Below, in pieces: positions 9,280 to 19,053 of a stretch of 64,000 nucleotides of DNA; within the stretch, counting starts at the first letter, position 1; the number at the start of each line of letters is the position of its first letter. The notes beneath the pieces were generated by a model, which was not told the DNA's origin, made no database searches, and saw only the letters and a list, made by a program, of their open reading frames with translations. The stretch is from Salinispira sp. (GTDB taxonomy: Bacteria > Spirochaetota > Spirochaetia > DSM-27196 > Salinispiraceae), in the NCBI GenBank assembly GCA_965602015.1, contig OZ271918.1:32001-96000 (forward strand). The letters are read 5' to 3'. Position numbers and translations under genes: made by a program.

Positions 9280-10395
9280 ATGAAACCATTATTGGATATA
9301 AAAGATTTACGGACCTACTTCTTTATGCCCGGCTATGTTGTCCGGGCAGTGGACGGTATCTCCCTCACCGTCCATGAAGGGGAAACCGTCGGAATAGTCG
9401 GTGAGTCGGGTTGCGGCAAAAGCCAGACCTCCATGTCCGTCATGGGGTTGGTTCCCTCTCCTCCGGGTCGAATTGTTTCCGGTGAAATAAACTTCGGAAC
9501 CCGTGGCGACCTTACGAAGCTGGATGAAGAGGAGTACCGGAAGGTCCGGGGAAATGATATTTCCATGATTTTCCAGGAGCCCATGACTAGCCTTAACCCG
9601 GTGTTCACCATCGGTTTTCAGATTACCGAAGCCCTGCTTCTTCACCGCAATATGAGCGAGGCGGACGCAATGGAAGAGGCCGCCCGGCTCCTGAAGCTGG
9701 TGGGCATTTCCGATGAAAAAGAACGGTTGAAGGAATATCCCTTCCAGCTCTCCGGCGGCCTGCGACAGCGGGTCATGATCGCCATGGCAATGGCCTGCCA
9801 GCCCCGACTGATGATCGCCGATGAGCCAACCACGGCCCTTGACGTAACCATTCAGGCACAGATTCTCCGGTTGATGAAGCAGCTCACTGAAGAGCAGAAC
9901 ATGGCCACCATGTTTATTACCCATGACCTTGCGGTAATCGCCAGTTTTACCCAACGGGTGGTCGTTATGTACGCCGGGGTAATAGTCGAGGATTCGCCGG
10001 TCATGGAAATCTTCAAAAAGCCGCTGCATCCCTACACCCAGGGACTTCTGGGTTCCATACCGGTTCTCGGACAGGGCAGCAGGGATGAAATGGGCAAGCG
10101 CAAGCTCCTCAAGGCGATTCCCGGCAGTCTCCCCGACACCCGTCAGCTCACCAAGGGCTGCAAATTCGCTTCCCGCTGTCCCAAGGCAATGCCGAAGTGC
10201 TGGGAAGCCGAACCGGCCCTTGTTGAGGTTGAAAACGGCCGTAAGGTGCGTTGTTACCTCTACAGCGACGAGGTGAGGGAAAGTCAGTCCATTACTGATA
10301 TCGATACGCTTACGGATTTCGGCGGGCGGGCCTGGCGCAACGAATACGACCGCCAGGAGAAAAAACGAGAGAAAAAATCGGAGGCCCGGTCGTGA
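9280..10395 (+). CDS. Peptide ABC transporter ATPase (OppD/DppD-like)
   Basis: GESGCGKS Walker A; LSGGLRQR; IADEPTTALD; HPYT and CKFASRC C-terminal module. Start moved to ATG 9280 after GAGG. Confidence 0.93.
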   Translation: MKPLLDIKDLRTYFFMPGYVVRAVDGISLTVHEGETVGIVGESGCGKSQTSMSVMGLVPSPPGRIVSGEINFGTRGDLTKLDEEEYRKVRGNDISMIFQEPMTSLNPVFTIGFQITEALLLHRNMSEADAMEEAARLLKLVGISDEKERLKEYPFQLSGGLRQRVMIAMAMACQPRLMIADEPTTALDVTIQAQILRLMKQLTEEQNMATMFITHDLAVIASFTQRVVVMYAGVIVEDSPVMEIFKKPLHPYTQGLLGSIPVLGQGSRDEMGKRKLLKAIPGSLPDTRQLTKGCKFASRCPKAMPKCWEAEPALVEVENGRKVRCYLYSDEVRESQSITDIDTLTDFGGRAWRNEYDRQEKKREKKSEARS

Positions 10396-11549
10396 GCACG
10401 GATAACGCATACAAAGATACGGTGCTGAAGGTTCAGCGGCTGGAGAAGTATTTCCCCGTCAAGGCCTCGTATTTCTCAAATCAGAGCCTCATTCTCAAAG
10501 CCGTCGACGGTGTCAATTTTGATCTCCGCAGAGGAGAAACCCTGGGGCTTGTCGGCGAATCGGGCTGCGGAAAAACAACCGTGGGCCGGTCGGTCCTGCG
10601 CCTCTATGATCCCGACGAAGGGAGGGTGTATCTCAATCCCCAAAGCTCAGTTGTGGATCAGGTCGACGCCCTTGACCTCGAGCGACTGACCATCAGGGAC
10701 GAATACAACACCCGCTTTGCCGACGGCGAAAGTGCCGCCGCCTTGCGGCCGCTTAAGGGCAAAATGAAGAGCCTCAAGAAGCAGGCTGATGAGATAGCCC
10801 GGGAAACCGACCTTCTCACCATGAACAGTGAAAACTTAAAGGCTGCCAGACGCCAAATTCAGATGATCTTTCAGGATCCCTGGGCGAGCCTGAATCCCCA
10901 TATGATGGTTAAAGACATCATCGGCGAGGGACCCAAAGAGTTCAATCTTCACCGGGGCAGCAGCCTTGACGGCTGGGTTATGGAGCTTCTCGACCGGGTG
11001 GGCCTTCCGAAGGCCGCGGCAAACCGCTACCCACATGAATTTTCCGGCGGGCAGCGTCAACGTATTTGCATAGCACGGGCACTGGCCCTGACGCCTAACG
11101 TGGTTGTGTGCGACGAGCCGGTTTCAGCTCTGGACGTATCTATCCAGGCCCAGGTATTAAACCTGCTTATCGGACTGCAACAGGATTTTGACCTCACCTA
11201 CCTGTTCATCGCTCATGACCTGTCAGTGGTCGAGTATATTTCCGACAGGGTCTCTGTTATGTACTTGGGCAAGATGTCCGAGACTGCCACTTCCAAACAG
11301 CTTTACAGTAATCCCCGGCATCCATACACCCAGAGCCTGTTGTCTGCGGTTCCCGTCGCCGACCCTACGGTGCAAAGCGCAAACACCCCCCTGACCGGCG
11401 ATGTGCCGAGTCCGGTGAATCCGCCGAGCGGCTGCAGCTTCCACACCCGCTGCCCCTATGCGACTGATGTCTGCAAAGAGGTGACGCCCACGCTTGAAAA
11501 GGATCAGGACGGACACCGCATAGCCTGTCATAACCCGCCGAACGGTTGA
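10392..11549 (+). CDS. Peptide ABC transporter ATPase (OppF/DppF-like)
   Basis: [46 protein letters not shown]. Confidence 0.93.
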   Translation: MSTDNAYKDTVLKVQRLEKYFPVKASYFSNQSLILKAVDGVNFDLRRGETLGLVGESGCGKTTVGRSVLRLYDPDEGRVYLNPQSSVVDQVDALDLERLTIRDEYNTRFADGESAAALRPLKGKMKSLKKQADEIARETDLLTMNSENLKAARRQIQMIFQDPWASLNPHMMVKDIIGEGPKEFNLHRGSSLDGWVMELLDRVGLPKAAANRYPHEFSGGQRQRICIARALALTPNVVVCDEPVSALDVSIQAQVLNLLIGLQQDFDLTYLFIAHDLSVVEYISDRVSVMYLGKMSETATSKQLYSNPRHPYTQSLLSAVPVADPTVQSANTPLTGDVPSPVNPPSGCSFHTRCPYATDVCKEVTPTLEKDQDGHRIACHNPPNG

Positions 11550-11561
11550 GCGACTTTATAT

Positions 11562-11591
11562 AAACGGCCCTGTATTTCGGGGCCGTTTTTT
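11562..11591 (+). terminator. Rho-independent terminator of the ABC operon
   Basis: aaacggccc-tgtatttcg-gggccgttt followed by Ts, about 12 bp after the stop. Confidence 0.75.
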
Positions 11592-11605
11592 CGTATTATA
11601 GTGCC

Positions 11606-12166
11606 ATGATCAGAATACGCAGCCGCATCGCCGCTGCTCACAGTAAAAACGGCGACTTCGTGATTCAAAGAAAATTGCTCGGCAGGCTTTTTAACGGAGC
11701 CATGGTTCTTGTGCTCAGTATTGCGGTGTTGCTCGCCCTGCTAAATGGTGAATCAATCAGCAATGCGGGAATAGTTATTTTTGGCATTATCTTCCTGGCA
11801 ACCCTGTTTAATGCCGGAGAGAACAAGGTGTACCGCTTTTCCGGGAGCGAAGGCCGCCTGACTATTACCCACAGTTTTCTTGGCCTGCGCTTGAAGAGGG
11901 TCGATATTCCCCTTTCAGCCCTCATGCGTGTTATGGTAACCGGGGTTGAATTCAACAGTTTTTCTCCCCGCCGTAAGAATCCCGGAATTTACAAACTGCA
12001 GGTCAGGATCGACCTTGAACGGCTTGAGGACAATACCGGACGGTTGGCCGGCAAGCTGACCCTTGAAGACTCCACCGATGCCCTTGAGCTTCATAACAGC
12101 GGCTCGGCGCTTGCTTCCTACCTCGACATCGATTTCGAATCAGAGTACCAAAGTCCCGGGGTATAG
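11606..12166 (+). CDS. Hypothetical membrane protein (2 TM plus beta-rich soluble domain)
   Basis: 186-aa ORF with two hydrophobic helices. Confidence 0.6.
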   Translation: MIRIRSRIAAAHSKNGDFVIQRKLLGRLFNGAMVLVLSIAVLLALLNGESISNAGIVIFGIIFLATLFNAGENKVYRFSGSEGRLTITHSFLGLRLKRVDIPLSALMRVMVTGVEFNSFSPRRKNPGIYKLQVRIDLERLEDNTGRLAGKLTLEDSTDALELHNSGSALASYLDIDFESEYQSPGV

Positions 12167-13279
12167 AAGGGAGAAAACAGCCCCCTTTCCGGGCTCTGAT
12201 TCGAACTCCACGGCAGCCCCGAGCTCATTGGCGAAGTCCCTGCAGATAATCAACCCGATTCCCGTTCCCTTCTCCTTCTCGGTTCCCTGAGTGGTCGGAT
12301 TTTTCTCGATATCAAAGAGATCATCTTTGACCAAAGGATCTACGCCGATTCCCCGGTCTTTCACGCACACCGCCAGGCCGCCGTCGCGCTTTTGGTCGAA
12401 TATCTCGATGTTACCGCACCGAAATGAGAATTTAACCGCGTTACTGACAAAGTTCCTGATAATGAGGGAACTGAGAACCTCATCGCTTTGCACAAAAACC
12501 GCGGGATCGATGTTGATTTCCAGAGTGAGCTCTTTGCTTTCCAGGGTATGGTACATACTGTTGAGAATCTCCTGGGCCAGACTGTACAGATGAAGCTTCT
12601 GACTGCGGATCTTAAGTTTTCCCCGCTGGTTCTTCGACCATGTAATGAGGTTGTCGAACAGTTCGCGGGTCTCGGTTAGCCCGCTGCTCAACTGTCTGAG
12701 GTGGTCCGCAAGGCTTTCGCGGTTCATTGACTTAACATCGTCGTTGAATAGCTCATAGACAGAAATGAGGGACGAGAACTGATTGCGTATTTCATGGGCG
12801 ATTATTGAGAGGACCCGGTCCTTGATTCCTATTTGACTGTCCAGCTCCCGGCGCTGGGCGATTATCCGCAGATGTGATTCGACCCGGCTGAGCATTTCGT
12901 ATCTGCTGAACGGTTTGGGAATGTAATCAACGGCTCCCAGTTCGAATGCCCGGGCCACCGAGTCATCATCGCCCTTGGCAGTTATAAAAATGACTGGGAT
13001 GTCTTTTGTCGCGGAGTTTTTTTTGAGTTGCGCGCATACCTCGAACCCGTCGCTTCCCGGGAGAATGATGTCCAGAAGAATGAGATCGACGCTGCCCGAA
13101 ACGGCTATATCGATCCCCCGTTCTCCGTCCGGAGCGCTTATACAGTCGATGCCCTGATCCTGGAGGATAACCCTTATCAGTTCTATGACATCTGGAGCAT
13201 CATCAACAATGAGGACGGTAAATGCCTGATTAAAAATAATAATCGTCCTCCCGCTTTGCCTGAGCTCACCACTCACCAC
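12140..13279 (-). CDS. Hybrid response regulator / histidine kinase (REC-HisKA-HATPase)
   Basis: LIVDD, LILLDIILP, DYIPKPF; IIAHEIRN; NFVSNAVKF, DRGIG, GTGIGL. Start uncertain. Confidence 0.9.
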   Translation of the reverse strand: MVSGELRQSGRTIIIFNQAFTVLIVDDAPDVIELIRVILQDQGIDCISAPDGERGIDIAVSGSVDLILLDIILPGSDGFEVCAQLKKNSATKDIPVIFITAKGDDDSVARAFELGAVDYIPKPFSRYEMLSRVESHLRIIAQRRELDSQIGIKDRVLSIIAHEIRNQFSSLISVYELFNDDVKSMNRESLADHLRQLSSGLTETRELFDNLITWSKNQRGKLKIRSQKLHLYSLAQEILNSMYHTLESKELTLEINIDPAVFVQSDEVLSSLIIRNFVSNAVKFSFRCGNIEIFDQKRDGGLAVCVKDRGIGVDPLVKDDLFDIEKNPTTQGTEKEKGTGIGLIICRDFANELGAAVEFESEPGKGAVFSLLYPGTLVL

Positions 13280-13369
13280 TCACCGTTCACCAGGCGTCGG
13301 TAATCTGTTCCCGGCCGGTGTGCTGGCTAAACCAAGTATAGTTCAGGGCGACGGCGATCGCCAGAATGA

Positions 13370-14872
13370 TTACAGGAGCTCACGGCGAAGCCGTTCTTTT
13401 TCGACTTCGGTCGATTCATCGTGCGATGGACCGTTTTTCTCGTTCTGTATGATGGCGGACAGACGGGAAAGCTTGTCCCTGTTTAGCGGATACTTCCTGA
13501 TGAGGAAATACAGCATCCCCAGGATTACTATGGGCATGACAATCATGAGAGCCTGAATTGCGCCTATGGCGTTATACGGTTGTGCTATGGCACCCGTGGC
13601 AGGGCTTATCACATTTGCCCCGCTCTGCGCTGTTTGGTAACCGGATAGGTGGAGGGTAAGTCCCGCAGCAAGCACGGCGCCAGCCCGGGATATTCTGCGC
13701 AGGGTTCGGATCAATACGGTCAGGCCGCGGGGTATTCGTTTTTGAGCCGTCAATGAGAACACGCGTACCAGATCCCTATACATAAGATTGGGCAGGGAAA
13801 TAGTCCCGCCGCTGCCAAAGCCTGCCAGGGCTGCTGCCCCGCCCACCGCCCATGACGGCCACTGGGAATTAATTCTCGAGAGGGCGAATATACCGGCGAG
13901 CCAGATAAGTAAAAAGGCCGCCAAGGTCTCAGGCTTGTCCAATTTGCTCGCCAACGGAGCAGATAGCGCCGCTGCCAACACGGTACCTAGTGCCAAGGCT
14001 CCAAGGGCAAGTTCCACGTTATCCGGTCGTCCCTGCGAGCACTGCACATAGTACGTGAAGACCGAGGAAGTGAGCATGTGAATCAGCGAGATACAGACCA
14101 GTATTCCGGCAAACAGCCTGAAGCTCTTTACGCGGAATGGCTCGAACAGGCTCCTCATGCGGACTCTGCTGCCAGGTATCCGGGAATACCCTTTATTCTG
14201 AGGTAAAACGGCAATAACCAGAAAGGGTAAGGCCAACAGTGCGCCGATGAGTATTGCCGGAAGCTGGAGATTGCCGTGCGCATTTTGAAAGCCTGACAGA
14301 ATACGCCAGGCAAAAACGGCGGTGAACATAGCTGATAGAGCGCGTACAACATGCCTGCCGTTGACAAAGAAGGTTTGCGTTAAGCCGCCGGTATGCATGC
14401 TCCTGCCAAATGGCAGGTACGGCGTGGTCACCATTGAGTACGCGCTTGAGTACAACAGGAAAGCCAGTAATGCCGTGACTGTCTGTGCTGTCGAACTGGA
14501 CATTTCTGCAGGAAGGGCCAAGAGGAGAAACGAAATCGGTATGAGGAGGGCACCGGCGGCCATTATGTACGTGCCGGAAAGCATGTTGCCGCGGCGGCTG
14601 CGGATTGCAGACCTCAGCATGATGTCCGCGCCTAGGCTCCACAACATGGCCAAAGCTGCAATAATCCCGGAAATATGGGCGCTGATTCCAACGCCGTCGG
14701 TGAGGTAACGAAGGGAGAACAGGCCTGTCAGGCTCCAAGATGCTCCGACAAACGCTTCCCCGGCTATAACAGGCAGTTCCGCGCGTGTGCCTGAATCCTG
14801 TGCTTTATGGCGGCGTACAATGATAATTCGCCTCCTTTTGTCTGGGGTTTTGCTTAGCGCCGAGGCTGGCAT
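13370..14872 (-). CDS. MFS transporter, GPH/MelB-like
   Basis: About 12 TM; YLTDGVGISAHISG, YSMVTTPY, LSGY and KYPL patterns of the MFS_2 family. Start set at ATG 14872 to avoid overlap with the divergent gene. Confidence 0.7.
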   Translation of the reverse strand: MPASALSKTPDKRRRIIIVRRHKAQDSGTRAELPVIAGEAFVGASWSLTGLFSLRYLTDGVGISAHISGIIAALAMLWSLGADIMLRSAIRSRRGNMLSGTYIMAAGALLIPISFLLLALPAEMSSSTAQTVTALLAFLLYSSAYSMVTTPYLPFGRSMHTGGLTQTFFVNGRHVVRALSAMFTAVFAWRILSGFQNAHGNLQLPAILIGALLALPFLVIAVLPQNKGYSRIPGSRVRMRSLFEPFRVKSFRLFAGILVCISLIHMLTSSVFTYYVQCSQGRPDNVELALGALALGTVLAAALSAPLASKLDKPETLAAFLLIWLAGIFALSRINSQWPSWAVGGAAALAGFGSGGTISLPNLMYRDLVRVFSLTAQKRIPRGLTVLIRTLRRISRAGAVLAAGLTLHLSGYQTAQSGANVISPATGAIAQPYNAIGAIQALMIVMPIVILGMLYFLIRKYPLNRDKLSRLSAIIQNEKNGPSHDESTEVEKERLRRELL

Positions 14873-14928
14873 AAGCGCTGTTTCTGTATAATACTTATAG
14901 CCTAAAATACTAATCAAAAGGTAGCCGC

Positions 14929-15282
14929 GTGGTTCTCGTCGCCGAAGATGAAGCAATAAACAGAATGTATATATGTTCCCTGCTCCACCGAAGGAATATC
15001 AGCTACCGGGAGGCTGCCAGCGGCCAGGCAGCCCTCGAACTGGTTACGGGGGGCGAGTACGAGCTTCTCCTCCTGGATCTTGGTCTGCCCGATATGGACG
15101 GATATGATTTGCTTGCTCAAATTCGCCTCGCCGGCATTGCCGCTCCTGCGGTTGCGGTCACCGGCAGGGATTATCCCGAAGATCAGGATGCAATGCAGAA
15201 AGCGGGATTTCAGGGAATCATTGCCAAACCCATACAGGAATACGTATTTTGGGATGAGATAGAGAAACATCTCACAACCTGA
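14929..15282 (+). CDS. Single-domain response regulator (CheY-like)
   Basis: VLVAEDE, LLLLDLGLPDMDG, AVTG, IAKP. Confidence 0.85.
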   Translation: MVLVAEDEAINRMYICSLLHRRNISYREAASGQAALELVTGGEYELLLLDLGLPDMDGYDLLAQIRLAGIAAPAVAVTGRDYPEDQDAMQKAGFQGIIAKPIQEYVFWDEIEKHLTT

Positions 15283-15293
15283 TGGAGGCAATT

Positions 15294-15791
15294 ATGGTTA
15301 CATTTCACGGAGAAGGCGTTCAATTCAGCGGCACATTCCCCGGCAAGGGGGATGCCCTAACGGATTTTCATTTGACCGACAGTTCTCTCGCGGATCACCG
15401 GCTCAGCGATTTTGCGGGTAAAACCCTTATACTCAATATCTTCCCCAGCGTGGACACCGGCGTGTGCGCAGCATCGGTCCGGGAGTTCAACAAGCGGGCT
15501 GCGGCCCTCGGCGATAATGTGCGCGTACTGTGCATTTCCAAGGATCTGCCCTTCGCCCATGCGAGGTTTTGCAGCGCAGAGGGAATTGAAAACGTCCTCA
15601 GCCTCTCGGCCTTCCGGGATCCGGATTTTGCCAAGCGCTACGGGCTGGAAATGACCAATACCAAATTAGCGGGACTCATGGGCCGGGCGGTTATTGTGGC
15701 CGGCGCCGACGGAACCGTTACATACACCGAACTTGTTCCGGATATCGGACAGGAGCCGGATTATGAAAAGGCCCTGGCTGCCGCTAAGTGA
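15294..15791 (+). CDS. tpx: Thiol peroxidase (atypical 2-Cys peroxiredoxin)
   Basis: NIFPSVDTGVCAAS, CISKDLPFAHARFC, EPDYEKAL; GGAGG RBS before ATG 15294. Confidence 0.95.
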   Translation: MVTFHGEGVQFSGTFPGKGDALTDFHLTDSSLADHRLSDFAGKTLILNIFPSVDTGVCAASVREFNKRAAALGDNVRVLCISKDLPFAHARFCSAEGIENVLSLSAFRDPDFAKRYGLEMTNTKLAGLMGRAVIVAGADGTVTYTELVPDIGQEPDYEKALAAAK

Positions 15792-15834
15792 GAGGACCTT
15801 GCTTCAAGCATAGTGATCCGGTAAGCTTCACAGC

Positions 15835-17001
15835 ATGAATCCCTCAGCCTTTAATTACCGCGATTACATAAAGCATACGTTGCGGAATCTCTTTTGCGCC
15901 CCTGATACCCGGATACGGAGCCATCGCCTCCATACGACGTGGACGCTGGTTCAGGTTTTTGGCTTCCCAGTTTTTCAGATATGGAATTGGACCTTTTTAT
16001 ATCTCGACAGGATATTCAGGCGAGGCGTTGAGAGCCTGGAAATACAGAAACCGGTGTATATTATCGGGAGCTTCCGTTCCGGATCAACCTTCCTTCAGCG
16101 CCTTATGGGGATGGATGAACAGACCTTTTCATCGGGCACGACCTGGGAGATGATGTTTGCGCCGTCGGTGCTTCAGCGTCAGCTGGTAAAGGGACTGTTT
16201 ACCGTCGATAAATGGCTGGGCAAACCGTTAAGAAGATTGCTGTACATCGCCGAAGGCGAGGTGTTTCACGAGAAATCCGCTCACAAAATGGGTCTTTTAC
16301 ACCATGAGGAGGATGAAGCATTTCTCATCCACAACTACGCCAGCTGCTTCCTCCTGTTCGTGAATCCATATCTGGAGGATGCGCTGAAATACTACCGCTT
16401 TGACAGCAGCGTTGACCGGCACCAGCGTAAGCTGGATATGGATTTTTATCACGGAATGATACAGCGTCACATGTTCGCCCACCCGGAATCAAAGCGGTAT
16501 CTTTCTAAGAGCCCGACGTTTAGTTCCCGGTTCCTGAGTCTGTACGAGTTGTACCCCGACGCCCGCTTTGTCTATCTGGCCCGTCATCCCCTGGATGTCA
16601 TACCGTCGCTGATGAACTGGTTCACCCAGGTGTGGAACAGCATAGAAAAGCCCAATGTCCGCTTCCCGTTCCGGGATTTTGTCGTTGATTTCGTCGAGCA
16701 TTGGTATGTCGATGCCCTGGAAGCCTTGAGAGCTATTCCCGAAGATCAGGTAAAAATCGTCGCCTACGATGATCTGGTCGGCGACCCGTTTCACACTGTG
16801 GAGTCCATATACGCGTTTATCGGGGAACCCATGCCAGACGAGTACCGTGATACCCTGTCTCACGAAAAAGCCCGGGCAAAGCGCACATGGAAGCCGAAGA
16901 TTCACAGCCTGGAGATAGACGATTTGGATCCCCATGAAATCCGCCGGCGCTTCGAACCGGTGTTTGAACGCTTCGGATTTACCCTCGAGGAGTATGTCTG
17001 A
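15835..17001 (+). CDS. Sulfotransferase family protein
   Basis: 5'-PSB loop PVYIIGSFRSGSTFLQ; LSKSP; 3'-PB motif YLARHPLDVIPS. Confidence 0.85.
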   Translation: MNPSAFNYRDYIKHTLRNLFCAPDTRIRSHRLHTTWTLVQVFGFPVFQIWNWTFLYLDRIFRRGVESLEIQKPVYIIGSFRSGSTFLQRLMGMDEQTFSSGTTWEMMFAPSVLQRQLVKGLFTVDKWLGKPLRRLLYIAEGEVFHEKSAHKMGLLHHEEDEAFLIHNYASCFLLFVNPYLEDALKYYRFDSSVDRHQRKLDMDFYHGMIQRHMFAHPESKRYLSKSPTFSSRFLSLYELYPDARFVYLARHPLDVIPSLMNWFTQVWNSIEKPNVRFPFRDFVVDFVEHWYVDALEALRAIPEDQVKIVAYDDLVGDPFHTVESIYAFIGEPMPDEYRDTLSHEKARAKRTWKPKIHSLEIDDLDPHEIRRRFEPVFERFGFTLEEYV

Positions 17002-17059
17002 GGGTAAAACCCTTCACCCTCAGATGGGACAATAAAAACCGTAAATCCGAACCGGCTTC

Positions 17060-17099
17060 GCTCATTGCATAATCAAAGTGCTCATTGCAATATCAAGGT
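17060..17099. repeat. Imperfect 20-bp tandem duplication
   Basis: gctcattgcataatcaaagt followed directly by gctcattgcaatatcaaggt. Confidence 0.6.
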
Positions 17100-18439
17100 A
17101 ACGTCGCTTGCCACTCTGCTTCGATATTTTCCATCTGAGTTTGTGTCATTTCCGTAATGGACTCAATCCTGATGAGCGCATATCCGTAATCGGTCCGGAC
17201 TCCGAACACCTGACCGGGAACCGCCTCGAGGGTGACACCCCAGTTCCAGCCGTAGGCAGCCTCAATTAACTGAGAGCTTAAATCGAAATCTTCGGTCAGC
17301 GGGTCACTGATGCCTGCCTCAGTCAGGTCCATAATCCGACCGGCATTTCCAACTGTGTACGCCATGGTTCGAAAGCTCGCAGTGAAATCGTCGTAGTAGC
17401 TATTCATTCTGAAACCGATTTCCTGCTGCGAATCGAAGTAATACTCATTGAGTCTGTCGGCTAAATACGGGTCGCCAATGCTGTCATAATAGTAATCGGC
17501 CAAATTATAATCGGTAAAATCGTAGCGGCTGACAGTGTTTATCTCGTTGCCCGATGAAAAACCGCTTCCTGCGGAGAAATTACCGTCGGCGGAAGAGAGG
17601 AAGCTAAAACCGATAATGCGGTTTGCATACAGATTAAATTGACCTAAATCTACGCTGTTCTGGCCATGCAGGGATTCATATTCAATTTCTTCCTGGCCTT
17701 CATTGTAAAAATTTTTTTTCACATAAAAGCTCAACCAATCGGAGTTGGGCAGATCGGCTTCTCTCTCAATGGTATGAATACTTTCGAGGGTTTCTGTGAA
17801 ACCGGTGGCGGACAGGTTGTCCGGCGAATTATAAACCGTATACCCGTAAGAGGAGTTTTGATTCACATGATGATAGGCGGTTATCTGAAATTTGTAGTCG
17901 ACAAGGGGATTTCCCTGATCATCGACGGCAGTTCCGCTGAAATCAATAGACCGCCCATTGGAACCGCTCTCCCAGTGCCTGATGGTTTCCCGGTAAAGAA
18001 AAATGCTGTTGACCTCATCGACTACTTCGTAGGGCGTGCGGGTGTCCATATTCACTTCCCGATACCACGGCTCTACTTCCTTTATAAGACCGAGGGCCGA
18101 ATCGCCTGCGGAATTTAGAAAGTCCAAGGTGACAGTGTTGCTGCCGTAGGCGCTGAGATCGACCCAGGCGCTCCACTCGGTGGTACCGGTGACATTCGAA
18201 TTTCCGGCTTCCATTTCGACATCAATTATCCGGTCATCACCATCATTGGTGACCCGAAGGGTAATCGGACCGGCTGGAGTGATGTCGTCGATGGTGATAA
18301 TTTCAATATCGAGCCGGGAGTTTAGGGGGAAGCTGCTCGGCTCGCTGTCGTCAATGGGCGCCGGTGGAAGCAGGTCACATGAAGCCATGATAGCGACAAT
18401 TAAGCTTAGTATTATTATAAAGAATAATGCTTTTTTCAT
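17093..18439 (-). CDS. Hypothetical lipoprotein
   Basis: AAGGAG RBS; MKK-hydrophobic-MASC lipobox; acidic and beta-rich; visibly more AT-rich than its neighbours. Confidence 0.75.
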   Translation of the reverse strand: MKKALFFIIILSLIVAIMASCDLLPPAPIDDSEPSSFPLNSRLDIEIITIDDITPAGPITLRVTNDGDDRIIDVEMEAGNSNVTGTTEWSAWVDLSAYGSNTVTLDFLNSAGDSALGLIKEVEPWYREVNMDTRTPYEVVDEVNSIFLYRETIRHWESGSNGRSIDFSGTAVDDQGNPLVDYKFQITAYHHVNQNSSYGYTVYNSPDNLSATGFTETLESIHTIEREADLPNSDWLSFYVKKNFYNEGQEEIEYESLHGQNSVDLGQFNLYANRIIGFSFLSSADGNFSAGSGFSSGNEINTVSRYDFTDYNLADYYYDSIGDPYLADRLNEYYFDSQQEIGFRMNSYYDDFTASFRTMAYTVGNAGRIMDLTEAGISDPLTEDFDLSSQLIEAAYGWNWGVTLEAVPGQVFGVRTDYGYALIRIESITEMTQTQMENIEAEWQATLP

Positions 18440-18582
18440 TAAAATCTCCTTTACATGTGGGAATTATATGGCGAGTTATGAGATATGTCTAAAAGTACAT
18501 CCGGATTATTTGTAAATTTCATTGGCGATATAATACGCTATTTGATATCTTTTACCACAGTTAACTATACAGGAGCAGTCGC

Positions 18583-19053
18583 ATGATTCTCGACATTCTT
18601 ATAAATCTCGCCATTGTAATTGGCGCTGCCGTAGGCATGGAGTTCGTCGCGTGGTTTACCCACCGGTACATTATGCACGGCGCCTTGTGGTCACTCCACA
18701 AGGATCATCATCATCCTCACAAGGGGAAATTCGAAAAGAACGATTTATTCGTTATTTGGTTCGCCACTCCGGCGGTTGCGGCTCTGGTTATCGGCATCAA
18801 TCAGATGATATGGCCCCTGATATCCGCGGGCATCGGCATAACCCTTTACGGAATCGGCTATACGCTTTTTCACGATATCATGTTCCATCGCAGGATAAAG
18901 TGGATAAAGATTCCCCGAAATAAACCGTATTTCAAGCGCATCATCAACGCACACAGGGACCATCACAAAACCCTGGAGCGTTACCCTTCCGAGTCGTTCG
19001 GATTCCTCTGGGCCCCGAAAAAGTACGATAATTACGATCCCAAAAGTACGTGA
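18583..19053 (+). CDS. crtZ: Beta-carotene 3-hydroxylase (fatty-acid hydroxylase superfamily)
   Basis: MEFVAWFTHRYIMHGALWSLHKDHH, FEKNDLF, FHDIMFHRR, AHRDHH, SFGFL His-box motifs. Confidence 0.88.
   Translation: MILDILINLAIVIGAAVGMEFVAWFTHRYIMHGALWSLHKDHHHPHKGKFEKNDLFVIWFATPAVAALVIGINQMIWPLISAGIGITLYGIGYTLFHDIMFHRRIKWIKIPRNKPYFKRIINAHRDHHKTLERYPSESFGFLWAPKKYDNYDPKST

Noticed and set aside
4935..10410. Long antisense ORFs (425, 356 and 367 aa) opposite the ABC operon
   Set aside because: Shadow ORFs of GC-rich, codon-biased genes; no motifs or RBS.
16997..17024. Terminator hairpin tctgagggt/accctcaga between convergent genes
   Set aside because: The stem is real, but there is no adjacent T-run on either strand, so it is not listed as a terminator.
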